Part shown: positions 50,001 through 63,345 of the stretch, in pieces
How the letters are laid out: each line of letters opens with the position of its first letter
Position numbering within the stretch: position 1 is the stretch's first letter
Source: Octopus bimaculoides
Taxonomy: Eukaryota
NCBI RefSeq assembly: GCF_001194135.2
Contig: NC_068984.1
Location: 104,436,343-104,500,342 of the forward strand
Length of the DNA stretch: 64,000 bases
Reading direction: 5' to 3'
Position numbers and translations under genes: made by a program
Notes under the pieces: generated by a model
Database searches by the model: none
What the model saw: only the letters and a program-made list of their open reading frames with translations
Told to the model about the DNA's origin: nothing

Positions 50001-50445
50001 CACAATCATACGTTTATAATCAACAAATACATTATCTGCCTATATTGATTTCAAAATGTGTTTGTTTCATAGAAAGAGTACAATTTTTAGTAAGCAAATA
50101 ATTTCCTGAAGTAAGACCAGAGTGGCTAAACCCACTCATAATTTTATGACTCTATAAATGAGGAGAATAGCTAAAAAATTAAACTTAAAATATACACAGG
50201 AGACTTAGTTTGTTTTTAATTTACCAAAACATAATTGAATATAACGACTAACTAAAGGATATTTGCTTAGCTACAAATTTACCAGTTCGTGAAATTATAT
50301 CTGGAAACAATCCTCAAAGAATGTTAATACTTTCATCATAAAATCTCTCTCTCCTTAAGATTTCCTTCCGTTCCTGAGTATACTTAGATTTGATTTCATT
50401 TTATTCTTTTTTAAGGATTTAATAGAGAGCTCATTTAATATACAA

Positions 50446-50490
<45 letters not shown>

Positions 50491-50499
50491 CATATATAT

Positions 50500-50940
50500 A
50501 CAGGCATGGCTGTGTAGTAAGTAGTTTGCTTCCCAACTACTTTGTCCCGGGTTCAGTCCCACTGTGTGGCACCTTGGGCATGTGTTTTCTACTATAGCCT
50601 CAGGCCAACCAAAGCCTTGTGAGTGGATTTGGTAGGCGGAAACTGAAAGAAGCCTGTCGTATATATATATATATATANNNNNNNNNNNNNNNNNTGTGTG
50701 TGTGTGTGTGTATATGTATGTGTGTGCTTGTTATTTGTGTCTGTGTTTGTCCCCTCACCGTGGCTTGACAACCAATGTTGGTGTGTTTACGTCCCTGTAA
50801 CTTAGCAGTTCGGTAAAAGAAACCGATAGAATAAGTACTAGGCTTACAAAGAATAAGTCCTGGGGGTGATTTGTTCGATTAAAGGTGGTGCTCCAGCATG
50901 GCTGCAGTCAAATGACTAAAACAAGTAAAAGAATAAATGA
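50500..50940 (+). mobile_element. SINE family A, full length
   Basis: Head, body, central microsatellite with N gap, tail. Confidence 0.85.
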
Positions 50941-51198
50941 ACATGTATGTATGTATGCATACACACACATGCACAGACACACACACACACATGTATTATA
51001 TGTACTCATTGGTTATGGTTGGTCAGAAAGTTACCATTGGTTTCATGTCTATAATTGCACTTAACAATATAGGTGACTCATCAGACCTACTGACCTGAGG
51101 CATCAAAAACATTTTCTAGAGTTGAATGCATTTTATTCAGACTTATGAATAACTAGACAATCATATATATATATATATATATATATATCTATATATAT

Positions 51199-51238
<40 letters not shown>

Positions 51239-51251
51239 ATATATATATATA

Positions 51252-52015
51252 CGGCAAATAAGAAAATGGAGAGGATGCAAAAATGACATACATCAGCCGG
51301 TAGACATTCTAGTATGTCTATTTATTCCAAAGTATTAGAAAGTATTAGAAGAATACATACACATGTAATAACTATGTGTTACATACACATGTACTAATAT
51401 TATAGAATATTACACTAATATTACAGAAAAGAGCAAAAGAGTAAAAGATCAGAGTGTCAGTAGGTTCTAGTTCCTTACGGCTGTTTCTGCCAAGTGGCAA
51501 CAAAATTCTCCATGTCATCTCCATCTCCTCAGTGTTCTGCAGGGATGGGCAGATAAAGTTTGGATGATGCATGTACCTCTAGGCTTCTTCAGAGGGTTTA
51601 AGTGATTGGGAGGGTTAATACATATAAGAAACAGTTAACAATAGGTACAGTGTGTTTGTCTTATATGTTTCTTATATATATTAACCCTCTCAACCACTTA
51701 GACCCTCTGAAGAAGCCTAGAGGCACATTCATGAATCCAAACTTTATCTGCCCACCCCTGCAGAACACTGAGGAGATGGAGATGCCATGGAGAATTTTGT
51801 CGTCACTTGGCAGAAACAGCCGTAAGGAACTAGAACCTACTGACAAACTGATCTTTTACTCTTTTCTGTAATATTAGTATATGTGTAACACATAGTTATT
51901 ACATGTGTACATATTCTTCTAATACTTTCTAATACTTTGGAATAAATAGACATAGTAGAATGTCTACTGGCTGATGTATGTCGTTTTTGCATCCTCTCCA
52001 TTTTCTTATTTGCTG
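51252..52015. mobile_element. 764-bp palindromic MITE/foldback element with TA TSD
   Basis: TA|CGGCAAATAAGAAAATGG...CCATTTTCTTATTTGCTG|TA; arms 51252-51633 and 51666-52015, 32-nt spacer. Confidence 0.85.
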
Positions 52016-53029
52016 TATAAATTAAAGGTAAACCACTTTTTACCCCACCCATATATAACACAGCCTCTCATTTCATTGTAATCCAAAAGTATATTTTTGT
52101 TTTGCAGGCATTTTCCTCTGAATTCTTCAGTAGAATATAGCTGTTGTGGAAGAATTATCAAAAAGGATAAAAACAAAAGAAAAAAGAAACAATAACAATG
52201 AAAACAACATTTAAAGGATTTTAAAGCAAAATTACTTAAATGTGAACTCTGAAAATAAGTTTGGTCTTTGCTGACACGTCAAAACTGACAGCAACTTGAT
52301 ATCTTTTAAAGTGACTGATTAAAAGACTGAAAGCTGTAATAGTTGTCAGTCAGGAATAACATAAAATGCTAATGAGAATGTTGAAGAGAAACTAAAATTG
52401 TTGGAGGATTAATGAGAAAAATAAATAATCTATTTAATGACTTTACATGAAGAAAAAGTGTATTAACTTAATTATTTCCTTCTGTGAGGATGGTTCATCC
52501 ATTCCTCTTTATATTATCTAACTTATAAATGAATTGCTTTACTATAATTGCTAGCAGACAATATTTCATCAATTTTAGAAGCTACTATATGACCTCTTAA
52601 AAGTTAACTTGCATGAAAGCTGTATGAGATTTCAATGCTAAGAATCTGATGTAGCTGCTTGTGAAATTTTTGCAAGATAGTTTAGACAAAAGAAAAAAGA
52701 TCTGTAAATTCTTTAGACACACAGCTGTTTTCCACAAATAAGTAAAAGTGATAAAGAGAATTTAATAATACTGAGAATAAAAATCTAAGCAGCTATAACC
52801 GGATCTTCTGTGTGAAAAGGTTGTTTATTAAAGAGATGCCACAAAAAAAAAACTTTGACAAGAATTATCGAGTGAAATAAAAGTGTTTCTAATGTGCACA
52901 ATGAATAAACGTAGTACTTTTTAAAATAAATTTCAGTAACAAGACTCTATAGCAGTAGAAGTAATAGTAATAATAATGGTTGCAAATTTTGGTACAAGGG
53001 TAGTGGTTTTGAGGATGGGGCTAAGTCAG

Positions 53030-53430
53030 TTACATTGATCCCAGTTTTCAACTGGTACTTATTTTATCGACTGCAAAAGAATTAAAAGCAAAGTTGACCT
53101 TGGTGGAATTTGAACTCAGAATGTAAAGACAGATAAAATGCTGCTAAGCATTTTGCCTGGTGAAGAAACAATTCTGCCAGCTTGCTGCCTTAACAGCAAA
53201 ACAACAATAATAGTTTCTTTTGGCACAAGACCAGCAATTTCAGGGCAGGGAATAAATTGATTACATCGACCCTATTGCTCAAATGGTACTTATTTAATTG
53301 GAACCCCTCCCCCCCACCAAAACAAAAAAAAAAAGGAGGAAAGACAAATTTGACCTCAGCAAAATTTGAACACAGAATGTAAAGATAGATGAAATGCCAC
53401 TAAGCACTTTGCCTAACTTGCTAACAATAG
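53030..53430 (-). mobile_element. Two tandem SINE family B copies
   Basis: Reverse complements of 14193-14360 at ~53030-53185 and ~53240-53430. Confidence 0.65.
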
Positions 53431-56400
53431 ATTCTTTCTTTATTGGCCACAAGGGATGAATAAAAAAAAAAGAAAAGATGATACAAAACAAGGGATAGTA
53501 GGGGTTCACCAAAGACATATGTAAACAATAAAACAGTAACAACAATAAAATTATAAATGATGAAATTTCTCAATGGGTGGAAGTACCACCCAGGGGTGCC
53601 TAAGGAATCCCACAGATCCCTGCTCACTAGATGCACCATGATAAGTACTTCTCTCTCCTCTGTAAATTCCAGCCTACAAGCATATGCTAAGAGTATGGCC
53701 ATTTATTCAGATCCTTCTTACTACAATAACTCTCCTTTTAACAAATTTACCAGAAAATAGCACCTCCCTCTTCACTTTCACTTTCCTTTCCAAGTGAAAC
53801 CTGAAAAAGTTGATGTGGGCATGACCGAAAAGGAAAATGCCTATCTTCAGCCCTTTCAGTCATATCCACCATACAATGTCTTTTGCCATAGTCACCAGAC
53901 AGAGGAAAACTGCCTGCTCTTTCTGGCCAAAGGAAGGCAGTACAGTGATCTTCATGCTGGAGTTGGCTGATAGCTAGATCCATCCTATACACAACAACTG
54001 GTGCCCAACATAACACTGCAAGTCAGCAATGCATGAGCATTGTATGAGTGTATTCAGAACAGTTTTGTCATACTATGAGCATTTTGGACAGGTGAGGCTG
54101 AAGGTACTACCATATCTGTCGAGTTTATCTTGAACCAGCAATGCCCTACCAGTGATATTACCAGCCCAAAGATTTCTGGAACTTAGTTATCTATGAGCCT
54201 TAACTTGAAAGTCCTTCAGTAACAAAAACAAAAATCAGCCTGGTAATTTCTATTGATGCCCAAAGCTTCCTTGAGAATGTTGTGGCTCTTGTCACTAATC
54301 CTATGTTGAATGCCAATGACCACAGTACCCAGCTAGCAAGATCAAGCATTCACAACTAGAGGGCTGTGAACACCTGTGGTACTCAAGGTGCCAGATGCCC
54401 TACTCTGGTCTACATTTGATCCAGGGATGCAGCCCAGTCAAAGAGACAAGCTACAGAAGAGCTCATCTAACAAATGATGGTCACACCTGTTCTTCATCAA
54501 GGAAACACCAGAGAGGTTGCAGCCTCAGTGCACACCTTCACATCATTAGCCACAGCATGCTCAGTTCTCCACTCAGTGAATGTTGTCAGCAAATGAACTG
54601 TCTGACCAACAGAACACTTCCCTACTACAGAAAGCAGAAAAGTAGGCACTCCAATCTGGTCAGCTGTAAAGTGGGACAGGCTACAACAGTGAGGTGATAA
54701 TGGATGCAATGTAAGCATTCACAAACAACTCCACCTGGCATTCAGGAATAGTTTCCTATCAGCCCATTTCTGAGTGGGACTAGCCACCCCGCTCATCACC
54801 TCTTCCCAGTTCTTGTTCACCTGGAGGTCTGGAACAAATTAACCTCCAAGCAATTTAACTGGTCCATTTGTCCAGTACCCCACGATGCTGTTGGACAGCA
54901 TGCACTTGCTTCTCCAGGCATTTACCAAGATTTCATAGTTAATTTTTGCTCCTGTCACTGCTAGCTCAGAGTAATGCCAATCACCTTGATGTGTTTTGTG
55001 TCTGATACTATTACAGTGACTATTATGCATATGCAAACATGGATTTTCTCCATGCTAGTTCTTGTGGCATGCCCTTCAAAACCTCCAACTTCTGCAGTAG
55101 TGGTTTTAGAGTCAGTATGTACAGAAGTGGAGAGAGAGAAAATACTTGATGGTCAAACATGTTACTAAATGGTTTCAACAAGTGGCCATTTACTTTGACC
55201 ACTGAACAAATATCACTCTACATTGCAGAGATCCAGCTTCTGGAGATGGGCCTGAAATCATCTGCTTTGAGGACAGCTGCCAAATATAGATGGCTGTTAT
55301 TGGTTTGTTACAGAGCCCCACATTTCCAACTGAGAGCCATGGCAGGCCATCAGGGTAGGTGGTAAAGTCCAGCTTCCTATCTCCAGTCCATTATCTCCCC
55401 CATACAGCTAGAAAAGTGCCACTGGAAAGCCACACGCATCTGCTTCAAATTGAATAGTATGTGCCCCTCCTGATCTATCAAGGGTCAAATTGTAGCTTTG
55501 TTACCATGCTGCATCTCTGCCACTCATTGAATGGATTTTGTTTTTTTATACCTTAGAACATGCACCCTAGCTCTGACAACTCAACCTTTGTGCTTAGCAT
55601 TGAAGAATCAGTGAAAAACACATCTTTCCACAAGCATGTCAGTAACAATGCCTTTTCTAAGCACCTCTTCTGGGTTACTAATTCACCCACTGCTCTAGAA
55701 TCCTTTATCACTATTTCCTTACTAAACTTTATTGATTCTAATCTAAAAGTCCTCTTCAAGGTTAACCATCACTGGTTGCTGATGATTGCCTCCATCAACT
55801 CCCTCTTAACTAGTTCTCTAATCTGGACTCTGTAAACATGCTCCGAAAAAGATGTGTTCAGTTACCTATAACTGGGTCCCTCCCTATCCAACCTATCTTA
55901 CTCACTTGTACAGATCATGAATTTGTGATCTGTATAGCCAATAACTTTGTATTGTAGATAACCTACCTATGCTACCTCTATCTACTGGCCTACAATCTGG
56001 ATGATGCAATGCTGTTGCCCATTTCCATATTGATACATTTGGGAAACCCAGTCAGCCAGTTGAAAATGACTGAGCAAGTTTGCAAGGCTTTTACATGACC
56101 CTTTCCTGTCAGCTAGTCTCACACAATCCAGACGTGCATCCAAGATGGCACTCCAATCACCCACTAACACTAAAGAGAAGGACATCTGTAGGAAAACTTC
56201 TAAACACTTGAGGAAATCTGACTGCCCCACCTCAATTGGGACATACATAGCAACTAGTCTAAAGACACCACCTTCAGTACTGGTCCAATCCAGGACCACC
56301 AACTTACTGTCTAGGTTCAGGAAGATCAACCATATCTTGAGGTTGAAGGCCTTTCTGGAACAACACCACCATCCCAGATAAAATAAAAGATGCAAAGATC

Positions 56401-58560
56401 TCAAAGTCACCAAAAAGGGCGCCAAAGGTCATGTATCAGAAATTTTGGTCTCACTGATGGTTATCACATCCAAACCTAGCAAAATGAGGTCATTTAGCTG
56501 ACAACCTTGTTTCCAGAGTGACTCTGGGCCACATACATTTATGCTACTCAGGTTATTTACCCATTTGGTGGTCCTGGAGAGATAGTGGCTCAATTTCCGT
56601 GGTATTTTGGGTTTCCTTTAGGAAGTCCTTTAAAGGTCTACTGCTGGTCCTTACATTTAGACTTCCTGTATCATTGGGGAAATCCTACCCTCAATATTTT
56701 ACATATCTTCAAGACCAGTCATATTATTTCAAGTTATGTGGTACTTTGAAAGTGCTGGACCTCAAGACTTCAACCACTGTTTCTATTTTCTCCTTTTTGA
56801 ACATCAGTTTGTTGTTTGTACTTCTTATTAGTATAAAGTTTGGGTAGGTGTGTTTTGCTAATGTTGTTGTGTTTGTGTTTCTGCCTGATGGTGCTGTTCC
56901 TCTGTGTGTTTTCTTTTTCTTGAGTTGGAGTTGTGGTTGTTGTTGTTAGTGATGGTGGTGGAGTTGCTTATGTGTATTTATGTGCTAGGTACGGGTATAG
57001 TTTCAGTGCACTGTTGTGGTTATGTAATGTATTTTTATTATTTTATTTTTTGGTTTTTGGCGTTACTAGGTTTCACCACCTCCTTGTAAGATGATATTTC
57101 CTTGTCAGAAAGATTTGATGCAGATTGGGGTCGAGGGGAAGGTATGTTTGTGTGTGCATGTGTGTGTGTGTGTGTGTGTGTTTGAAAGAGGGTGGGAAGG
57201 TGGGAGAGTAATGGGGAAGGTGTTGGGCTCATATTTTCCTGGTTGTGGCTCCTGACTTTGTTGTGTTGTTGTAGCTGTTGCTATTGTTCTTGGCATTGTT
57301 ACTGTTCTTGGTGTTGTTGCTGCTATTCTCATTCCCATTACTGCTATTGCTGTTGTTGGGACTGTGGAATCACTTGTCTTTTGTTAAGAGCAGAAAACTA
57401 CGAAGTGGCTTTCTACACCACATAAGTGATATTTTGACTTTCTGCCCACAACTGCAACTTGCAGCTCCACTCCATTGGGCAGGTGGATTAGGTCTGGGAT
57501 CTTTTCCACCTCTCGTTTGATCTGGAGGAGGATTCCTGTTGTGGTTCCAGACCAAAACACCCTTTCTGTTCATTTCACTTTGAGAGAGACAAACCAGCCA
57601 CCACCAGATGTTAAACCCAAGTGGAACTCTTTCTATCTTAACATGACAGAGTCTTTTCCTTGAATTGGTTGGGTAGAAGGTGAAATCCCTGTCATGTATG
57701 GAAGCTATGGAGTGTTTCAATGTAAGTGCTTCACTCTTGAAGAAGACATGGTTCCAAACTCTCTTACTTGTGGCACATGATCTACGTCTGTCCGTTTTTC
57801 TTTAAGGGCTCTTTTCACTTCGGCTTGTCTTACTGATTCAGAGTTAAGTTTTTAGCCAACACCCGACAGTAGGAGACCATTTGTTAGACAACTGCCTGTA
57901 AGTTGTCAGCTGGAATGGTAACTTGTGCCTTTCTTCCATTCAACTTCACAAGTTGTTTCATTTCTGACAGATGTCATTCTTTACCACTCAACGAAAGTGC
58001 AAAAACCTGCTTTGATTTTGCTGTTATTCCAGTCGAAGATTGTCTGCTCTTGGATTTGCTTCAATCTCTTTTTGTGGTTTTCACTTTCCATATTGTTATT
58101 GCGATTGTTATTGATGTTGTTGCTGCTGCTGTTGTGATTGTTGTTGTTTTGTTATTGCTACTATTGCAGCTATAGTGGTTACTGTTGTTGTTGCTGCTAC
58201 TATTGCAGCTATAGTGGTTACTGTTGTTGTTGCTGCTACTATTGCTCCTCCTCTTGCTGCTGCTGCTGTCATTGCTGCTTCACCTGCCACCACTGCTACT
58301 GTTGTTGTTACTGCTACACTTGTCATTTACTATTGTAGCAGTTGAACTTTGAATTGTGTTGGAAGGGTTTTCTCCTGCCCTTCCAAGAATAGAATGCTGT
58401 CTTCACCAGCATTGATGTTGTTTATTTTATTGCTATTAATGTTGTTGTTGCTATGGCTGCTATTGTTGCTGTTGTTGTTGAGCCTCTGCTCTCAAATGAA
58501 GCAGGTAGTGGTGTGAGGCCTTCCTGCTACCTCCTCATTTAAACAGCTTGTGGACATTAA
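53430..58560 (-). mobile_element. Near full-length decayed L1/Tx1-clade LINE
   Basis: APE: SKLVVLD...FRLVAMYVP...LVLVGDWSAILDARLDC; RT: DDFRPIS near 55250; T-rich 3' UTR then AATAAA near 53440; low-complexity (CAA/CAG) ORF1-like 5' region. Confidence 0.7.
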
Positions 58561-59129
58561 CACCACCATAATTTCAAACAAAAAATAAAAAGAAACTGAA
58601 CTATAACAATAGTTCTACCCTTTAGGGTACAGTATGACAGTCCTCTCTTTCATAGAGTGAAGCAGGAAGACTTAATTAACTACCAAACAAAAGTTTCCAA
58701 AAATGAACAACTTTTCCAAACAAAATTTAACAAATATCTGGAGCAAAGTAAACATGTCTGAACAAAGTGGTGATGATAACAATAATAATAATGATGGTGA
58801 AAATAATAATAATGATTTCAATGTACAAGTGTTTGAAGGAGAGGATTTAAAGAAAAAAAAAGTGAGAAAAACAAAAAAATGTGCGAAAAACATAAAACAA
58901 CTTCACAAATAAAGGAACAAAGAAAACTGCATCTATTTGCGATGGATTCATGAATGTAATTCGAGCCCAAGTATGGATTTTGCAATGAAGTCATATTGGG
59001 GATACTGATGATTTTGAATTTGCCTGGGATTGGGCAAACGTGTCTGCTGATTGCAGGATATAATTTCTTTTATTGTTCTGTTTCTTCAACTCAAATTGGT
59101 TTGATGCATCATGACACATTTTATGCCAT

Positions 59130-59620
59130 GCAGGTTAATCTAGGCAATAACATTCTGAAGAAATCAAAGGAGGCTGTAGAGACTTTACTGATTACTTCAA
59201 CTCATCCTTATACCTAAGGTCAGGTCTTCCTTTACCATGGTATCCCTCTACTTGTTGGCCATACAAAAGAATTTTTGGAATGCAGTCATTTTTCCTTTTA
59301 ACATGTCCTACCCATCTGCACTGAATTCTCAGTAGCATACTTTTGATAATGGAGATATCACATTTTCCTAAGATTTTGACATGTGATATCTTGCCATTTT
59401 ATGTTACGGATATTGCATAGATAGCACATGTGAAAGCTTTCAAGTTTTTTTTATATACCTGTAGTAGGAAGTCTATGCTTCTGCCCCATACAAAAGTGTG
59501 CTCAAAATACAAAATTTGTATACACTTATTTTAGTTTTCAGAATGACATGTTGATCCCACAAACGATGGGAATGTTTTCCAAAAGCACTAGTAGCCTTAG
59601 ATATTCTGACATTATGTGAA
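59130..59620 (-). mobile_element. RTE/BovB-like LINE 3' fragment
   Basis: RISKATSAFG...LKTKISVYKFCILSTLLYGAE...IKKLESFH...IKWQD. Confidence 0.75.
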
Positions 59621-59649
59621 TCACTGAGTGAAATGCACCTGACCTTAGA

Positions 59650-61810
59650 CATACTGGATGCGGAAGTACATATGTCAGGCTTTGTTCTACTCAGAACTGA
59701 CTACAGAATATGGAAACGAGGAGAAATAGCAATCTTTATCCAAGAAGTCGGCATACCTGCAGCTGCATGTGGCTGAGAAACTGTGGAAATATCAGCTGGT
59801 AAGGTATAAGGAACGGACATACTGACTGACCAGGTTGAGATTCAGGCTGAATTCAGCACCGAAGATTATGGCAACAATTCTCAAAAGCATCCTGGGAAAG
59901 GCTGACAAAGTGAAAAGCGCCACAACTTCCTATATTAACAACATCCTGGTGGATGAGAGCATAGTGTTGGCAAAGGAGTCATAAGCCACTTGAAGAGTTT
60001 TGGGCTAACTGCTAAACCGCTGGAGGCAATGGAAAGAGGAGCTGCACTGGGACTCAAGCTACAGAGAGATAAGGCCAGTGCATTGGTGTTTTGGAAAGGG
60101 AATGAGATCCCAGAACTGGGCTCCAAGACAAGTAGGTGAGAACTGTTTTCTGTGTGTGGGAAGCTGCTGGGACACTACCCGATTGCAGGATGGCTCCGGA
60201 TGGCATGCAGCTTCATTAAGAGGCGAGCTGAAGGAGTGAGGTGGAGTGACAATGTGGGCAAGAAGACAACTGCCATGATGCAAGAAGTCTTGGAGAGAGT
60301 GACTGCGGAGGACCCAGTAAAAGGAAACTGGTATGTGCCCAAACTGAAGAATGGGATCATGTGGTGTGATGCCAGCAGCATAGCAATGGGAATTGTCCTG
60401 GAAATTGGAGGTGTTGTGGTGGAGGATGTGGCCTGGCTCAGGAAGAAGGATGAGTGCAACCACATCAATGTGGTGGAGCTGGATGCCATGTTGAAGGGAC
60501 TGAACCTGGCCCTGAGGTGGGGGCTGTGTACCATCGAGATCCGGACTGATTCAGCCACTGTACTTAGAGGGGTGGGATCAGTGGTCACTGGCGAGCAGAA
60601 GGTGCAAACCAAAGAGGGCGCAAAGATGCTAATAAAACTCCGTTTGGGAATTCTGGGCGAGCTAGCTGCTGAGTTTGACCTGAGGCTGAGTGTGGTTTTT
60701 GTGCTCTCTGAGAGGAATAAAGTGGACGTCCTGACCAGAGTAAAGAAAGCCTGGTTGCAGGTGCCAGAAGATCTGGAGCAAGGAGTGGCTGCAGTGTGTT
60801 GACTGAGTGACTCGGAGCTGAGAAGATTACATACCATGCATCACATGGGGGTGGACAGGACCCTGTTCCTAGCCAGGAAAGTTGACTCTGATATGACCAG
60901 GCAGAGTGTGCAAAGAGTAGTTGGGAGCTGCAACAAGTGCCAGTCCATTGACCCTGCTCCAGGTGTGCATGAGGCAGGAAGCATTCCAGTGGANNNNNNN
61001 NNNGTCCATTGACCCTGCTCCAGGTGTGCATGAGGCAGGAAGCATTCCAGTGGAACACAACTGGAAATGACTGGCAGTGGACATGACGCACTACCGGCAG
61101 GGGACATACCTCTTGATGGTTGACTGCAGACTGGGGTGGTTGGCCATATGGAGGGAGATGAAGACGAGGACCACGGAGGAAATCACAAGAATATTAAATG
61201 AGATATTCCTAGAATGAGGCCTCATGTAGGAGCTACTTGTGGGCAATGGCACTGCATTTCGCTTGAAAGTGCTGGGGGAAATTCTCAGCAAATGGCATGT
61301 TTGCTGTTTCTTTAGGGCAGCATACTGGCCAAGTGGCAATGGGGTTGTGGAGACGCATCATCGCAGGGGACACATCTCACCCGTTTGAGGCTGTTTTTTG
61401 ACCAGGTTGAGACAGGCTGAGGAGTCAGTGCCACACAAGGCAATATTCAAGTATGAGTGGAGACATCCACATACCACATTGCTGTAACCTGCAGAAGAGA
61501 AAGAGCATGCCTTTGTACAGGTTGGGGAAGAAGTCTAGGTTAACCCACCAAATGCATGGTGCACATCACAATGGAGAAAGGGGGACAATAACCTTTGTAA
61601 ATTTGAGGAACAATGTGTCTACAGATGGCATGCCACATCATGTTTTGGATGTGCACAGGATCATCACTGTGATGGAGCATGGAGCTATCAGTAATGGATA
61701 AGAGGATAAAGCCGGCAGCAACATGCCAGGAACTGAGGCCAGTCCTGAAGTCCCACGGTGGTTGCAGATGGAGCAGTGCTCTCCTCACTGGTTGGCTGAT
61801 TATGCGATAA
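59650..61810 (+). mobile_element. Gypsy LTR retrotransposon pol fragment (RT-RNase H-integrase), decayed
   Basis: YLQLHV...LTRLRFRLNSAPKIM...YINNILVDE; WCDASSIAMG...HINVVELDA...IRTDS; HHMGVDRT...CNKC; LAVDMTHY. Confidence 0.85.
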
Positions 61811-61819
61811 GTTAAGGCA

Positions 61820-62213
61820 TGTGGTCAGGGTTGAGGAGAGGGTGTGGGCAGGTTGGTTGAATGATCTTCAGATTAGGGTGTGTGTGGTGTTATGGGCCAG
61901 GCTGTGTTGTAGGGAAGGACCAGAAGTGAGGGAGTATGCATGTCCTGTTGGAAGTGGGGCCTCTGGGTCCCACCAGAAGGGCTGTAGTGGGTATGCAGGG
62001 TCAGCGAGGCACAAGCAGCCAGTTGGCGGTGGACAGTGCATGCGAGCAGATGCGTTAGATGGTGTGGTGGCAGATGGAGCACATGGATGTTGTGAATGAA
62101 CCTTCCAGATCGAGACAGAACATGTGGACTTGGTGAGCGATCCTTTCCATACCGACAGGTAAGATTACAGCAATTCTCTCTTTGCTTCCGTTTTTTTCCT
62201 CCTTCACATCACA
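61820..62213 (+). mobile_element. Putative 3' LTR of the Gypsy element
   Basis: Starts TGTG directly after integrase, ends CACA at 62208 or 62213; GC-rich; no partner LTR in window; PPT weak. Confidence 0.4.
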
Positions 62214-62601
62214 TTAAACAGATTGGTTAATGACAGATAGTAAAGAGCAGAACTAAAACACAGTATTTAGCTTTGTCCCTCTTTCTTCTGACAAAATATC
62301 CTGTCAAGATTAACTTAAAGTTTTCTGTAATTTATAAAATCCTTTTCTTAACAAGTAAGTAAAGCTTTGTCTTAACATACTTTACAAGTTTCTTGAACAT
62401 CTTTTATATGTTTATGTATCAACAGCCTAAACAATAACAAGACCAGCAACACTGCTAACAATGACATCAATATCAATAACATACAAGGTTTTGTAGCAAA
62501 TACAGAAAATATAAGAATCTGAGTTGCTGATGGCAGTAACATTTGAGAGGGTAAATAGGGTTTGCAAGAATTACAAAAAAATAATAAATAAATGCTCTTG
62601 C

Positions 62602-62718
62602 CTGTAAACTGCTGGTGATATCATCCAGTAGATTGCTCCCCTGAGACCCCTCTGAAGAATTTAGTCTTAAAGCTGATGGAGAGTGTGTTGTTGGTGTAAA
62701 ACTCATATAACTTTCATA
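62602..62718 (-). CDS. Probable 117-nt exon (phase 0/0) with GC donor, likely upstream exon of the tyrosine-motif gene
   Basis: ttcatttcacag|TAT acceptor; YESYMSFTPTTHSPSALRLNSSEGSQGSNLLDDITSSLQ; CAG|GCAAGA donor followed by T-rich sequence; phase matches acceptor at 38717. Confidence 0.45.
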
Positions 62719-63279
62719 CTGTGAAATGAACCATGAAATGAGAAAGAATAAACATTAAATGTTAAAATTAGTTAAAAGTTATCTTGTTGAACAAACTGAA
62801 GCTTCAGACTTTCTTATAATAAAGTTTATAAAGTTACAAGAGCAATGGAAACATTAATAGACATATATACACAGAGTTAAGTTTTATAATGATTCATTTG
62901 TACATCTTCAAGTATGTGTACATGTGTATGTGCATATGTATGTGTGGTGAATGTGTGAAATGTATATGGTATTATTTGTCTTAGTCAGAAAAAGATGCTT
63001 AAACTTTTGTTTTAAATATAGTAACATATGTATAGTGATAACAATAAGGAAATGGAAAACAGTTTAAACATCAGGGAAAATATATAAAGCCAGTTTTTAC
63101 ATTAGTCTATAATAGTTTGACAACAAACATATGTAAGCAGAAATTCATTGAGATTATTTAACATTTTATAACAATAAACATATGGATAGGTAGATCCTTT
63201 TATACATAAAAGTAATAACAAAAGAATCCACTTCTTCAATTTTCAATGTTGAAGCACTACTGTTGAAAGTTCATCATAC

Positions 63280-63345
63280 CTGCAGTTGATACATCCAATA
63301 AAATTTGAAAACAAAATATTATTGACTTAATATTTGAGCAGTAAG
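63280..63345 (-). other. Possible 66-nt non-coding or alternative exon
   Basis: Strong tttatttttcag| acceptor and CTGCAG|GTATGA donor; only open frame is phase 1/1, which is incompatible with coding into 62718. Confidence 0.2.

Noticed and set aside
52109-52215. Plus-strand acceptor followed by HFPLNSSVEYSCCGRIIKK...*
   Set aside because: No homology recognised and no supporting plus-strand exons
58700-59070. N/D-rich plus-strand ORF followed by a Cys/Trp-containing frame, possibly a transposon PHD-like tail
   Set aside because: Too decayed to assign a family; no diagnostic motif
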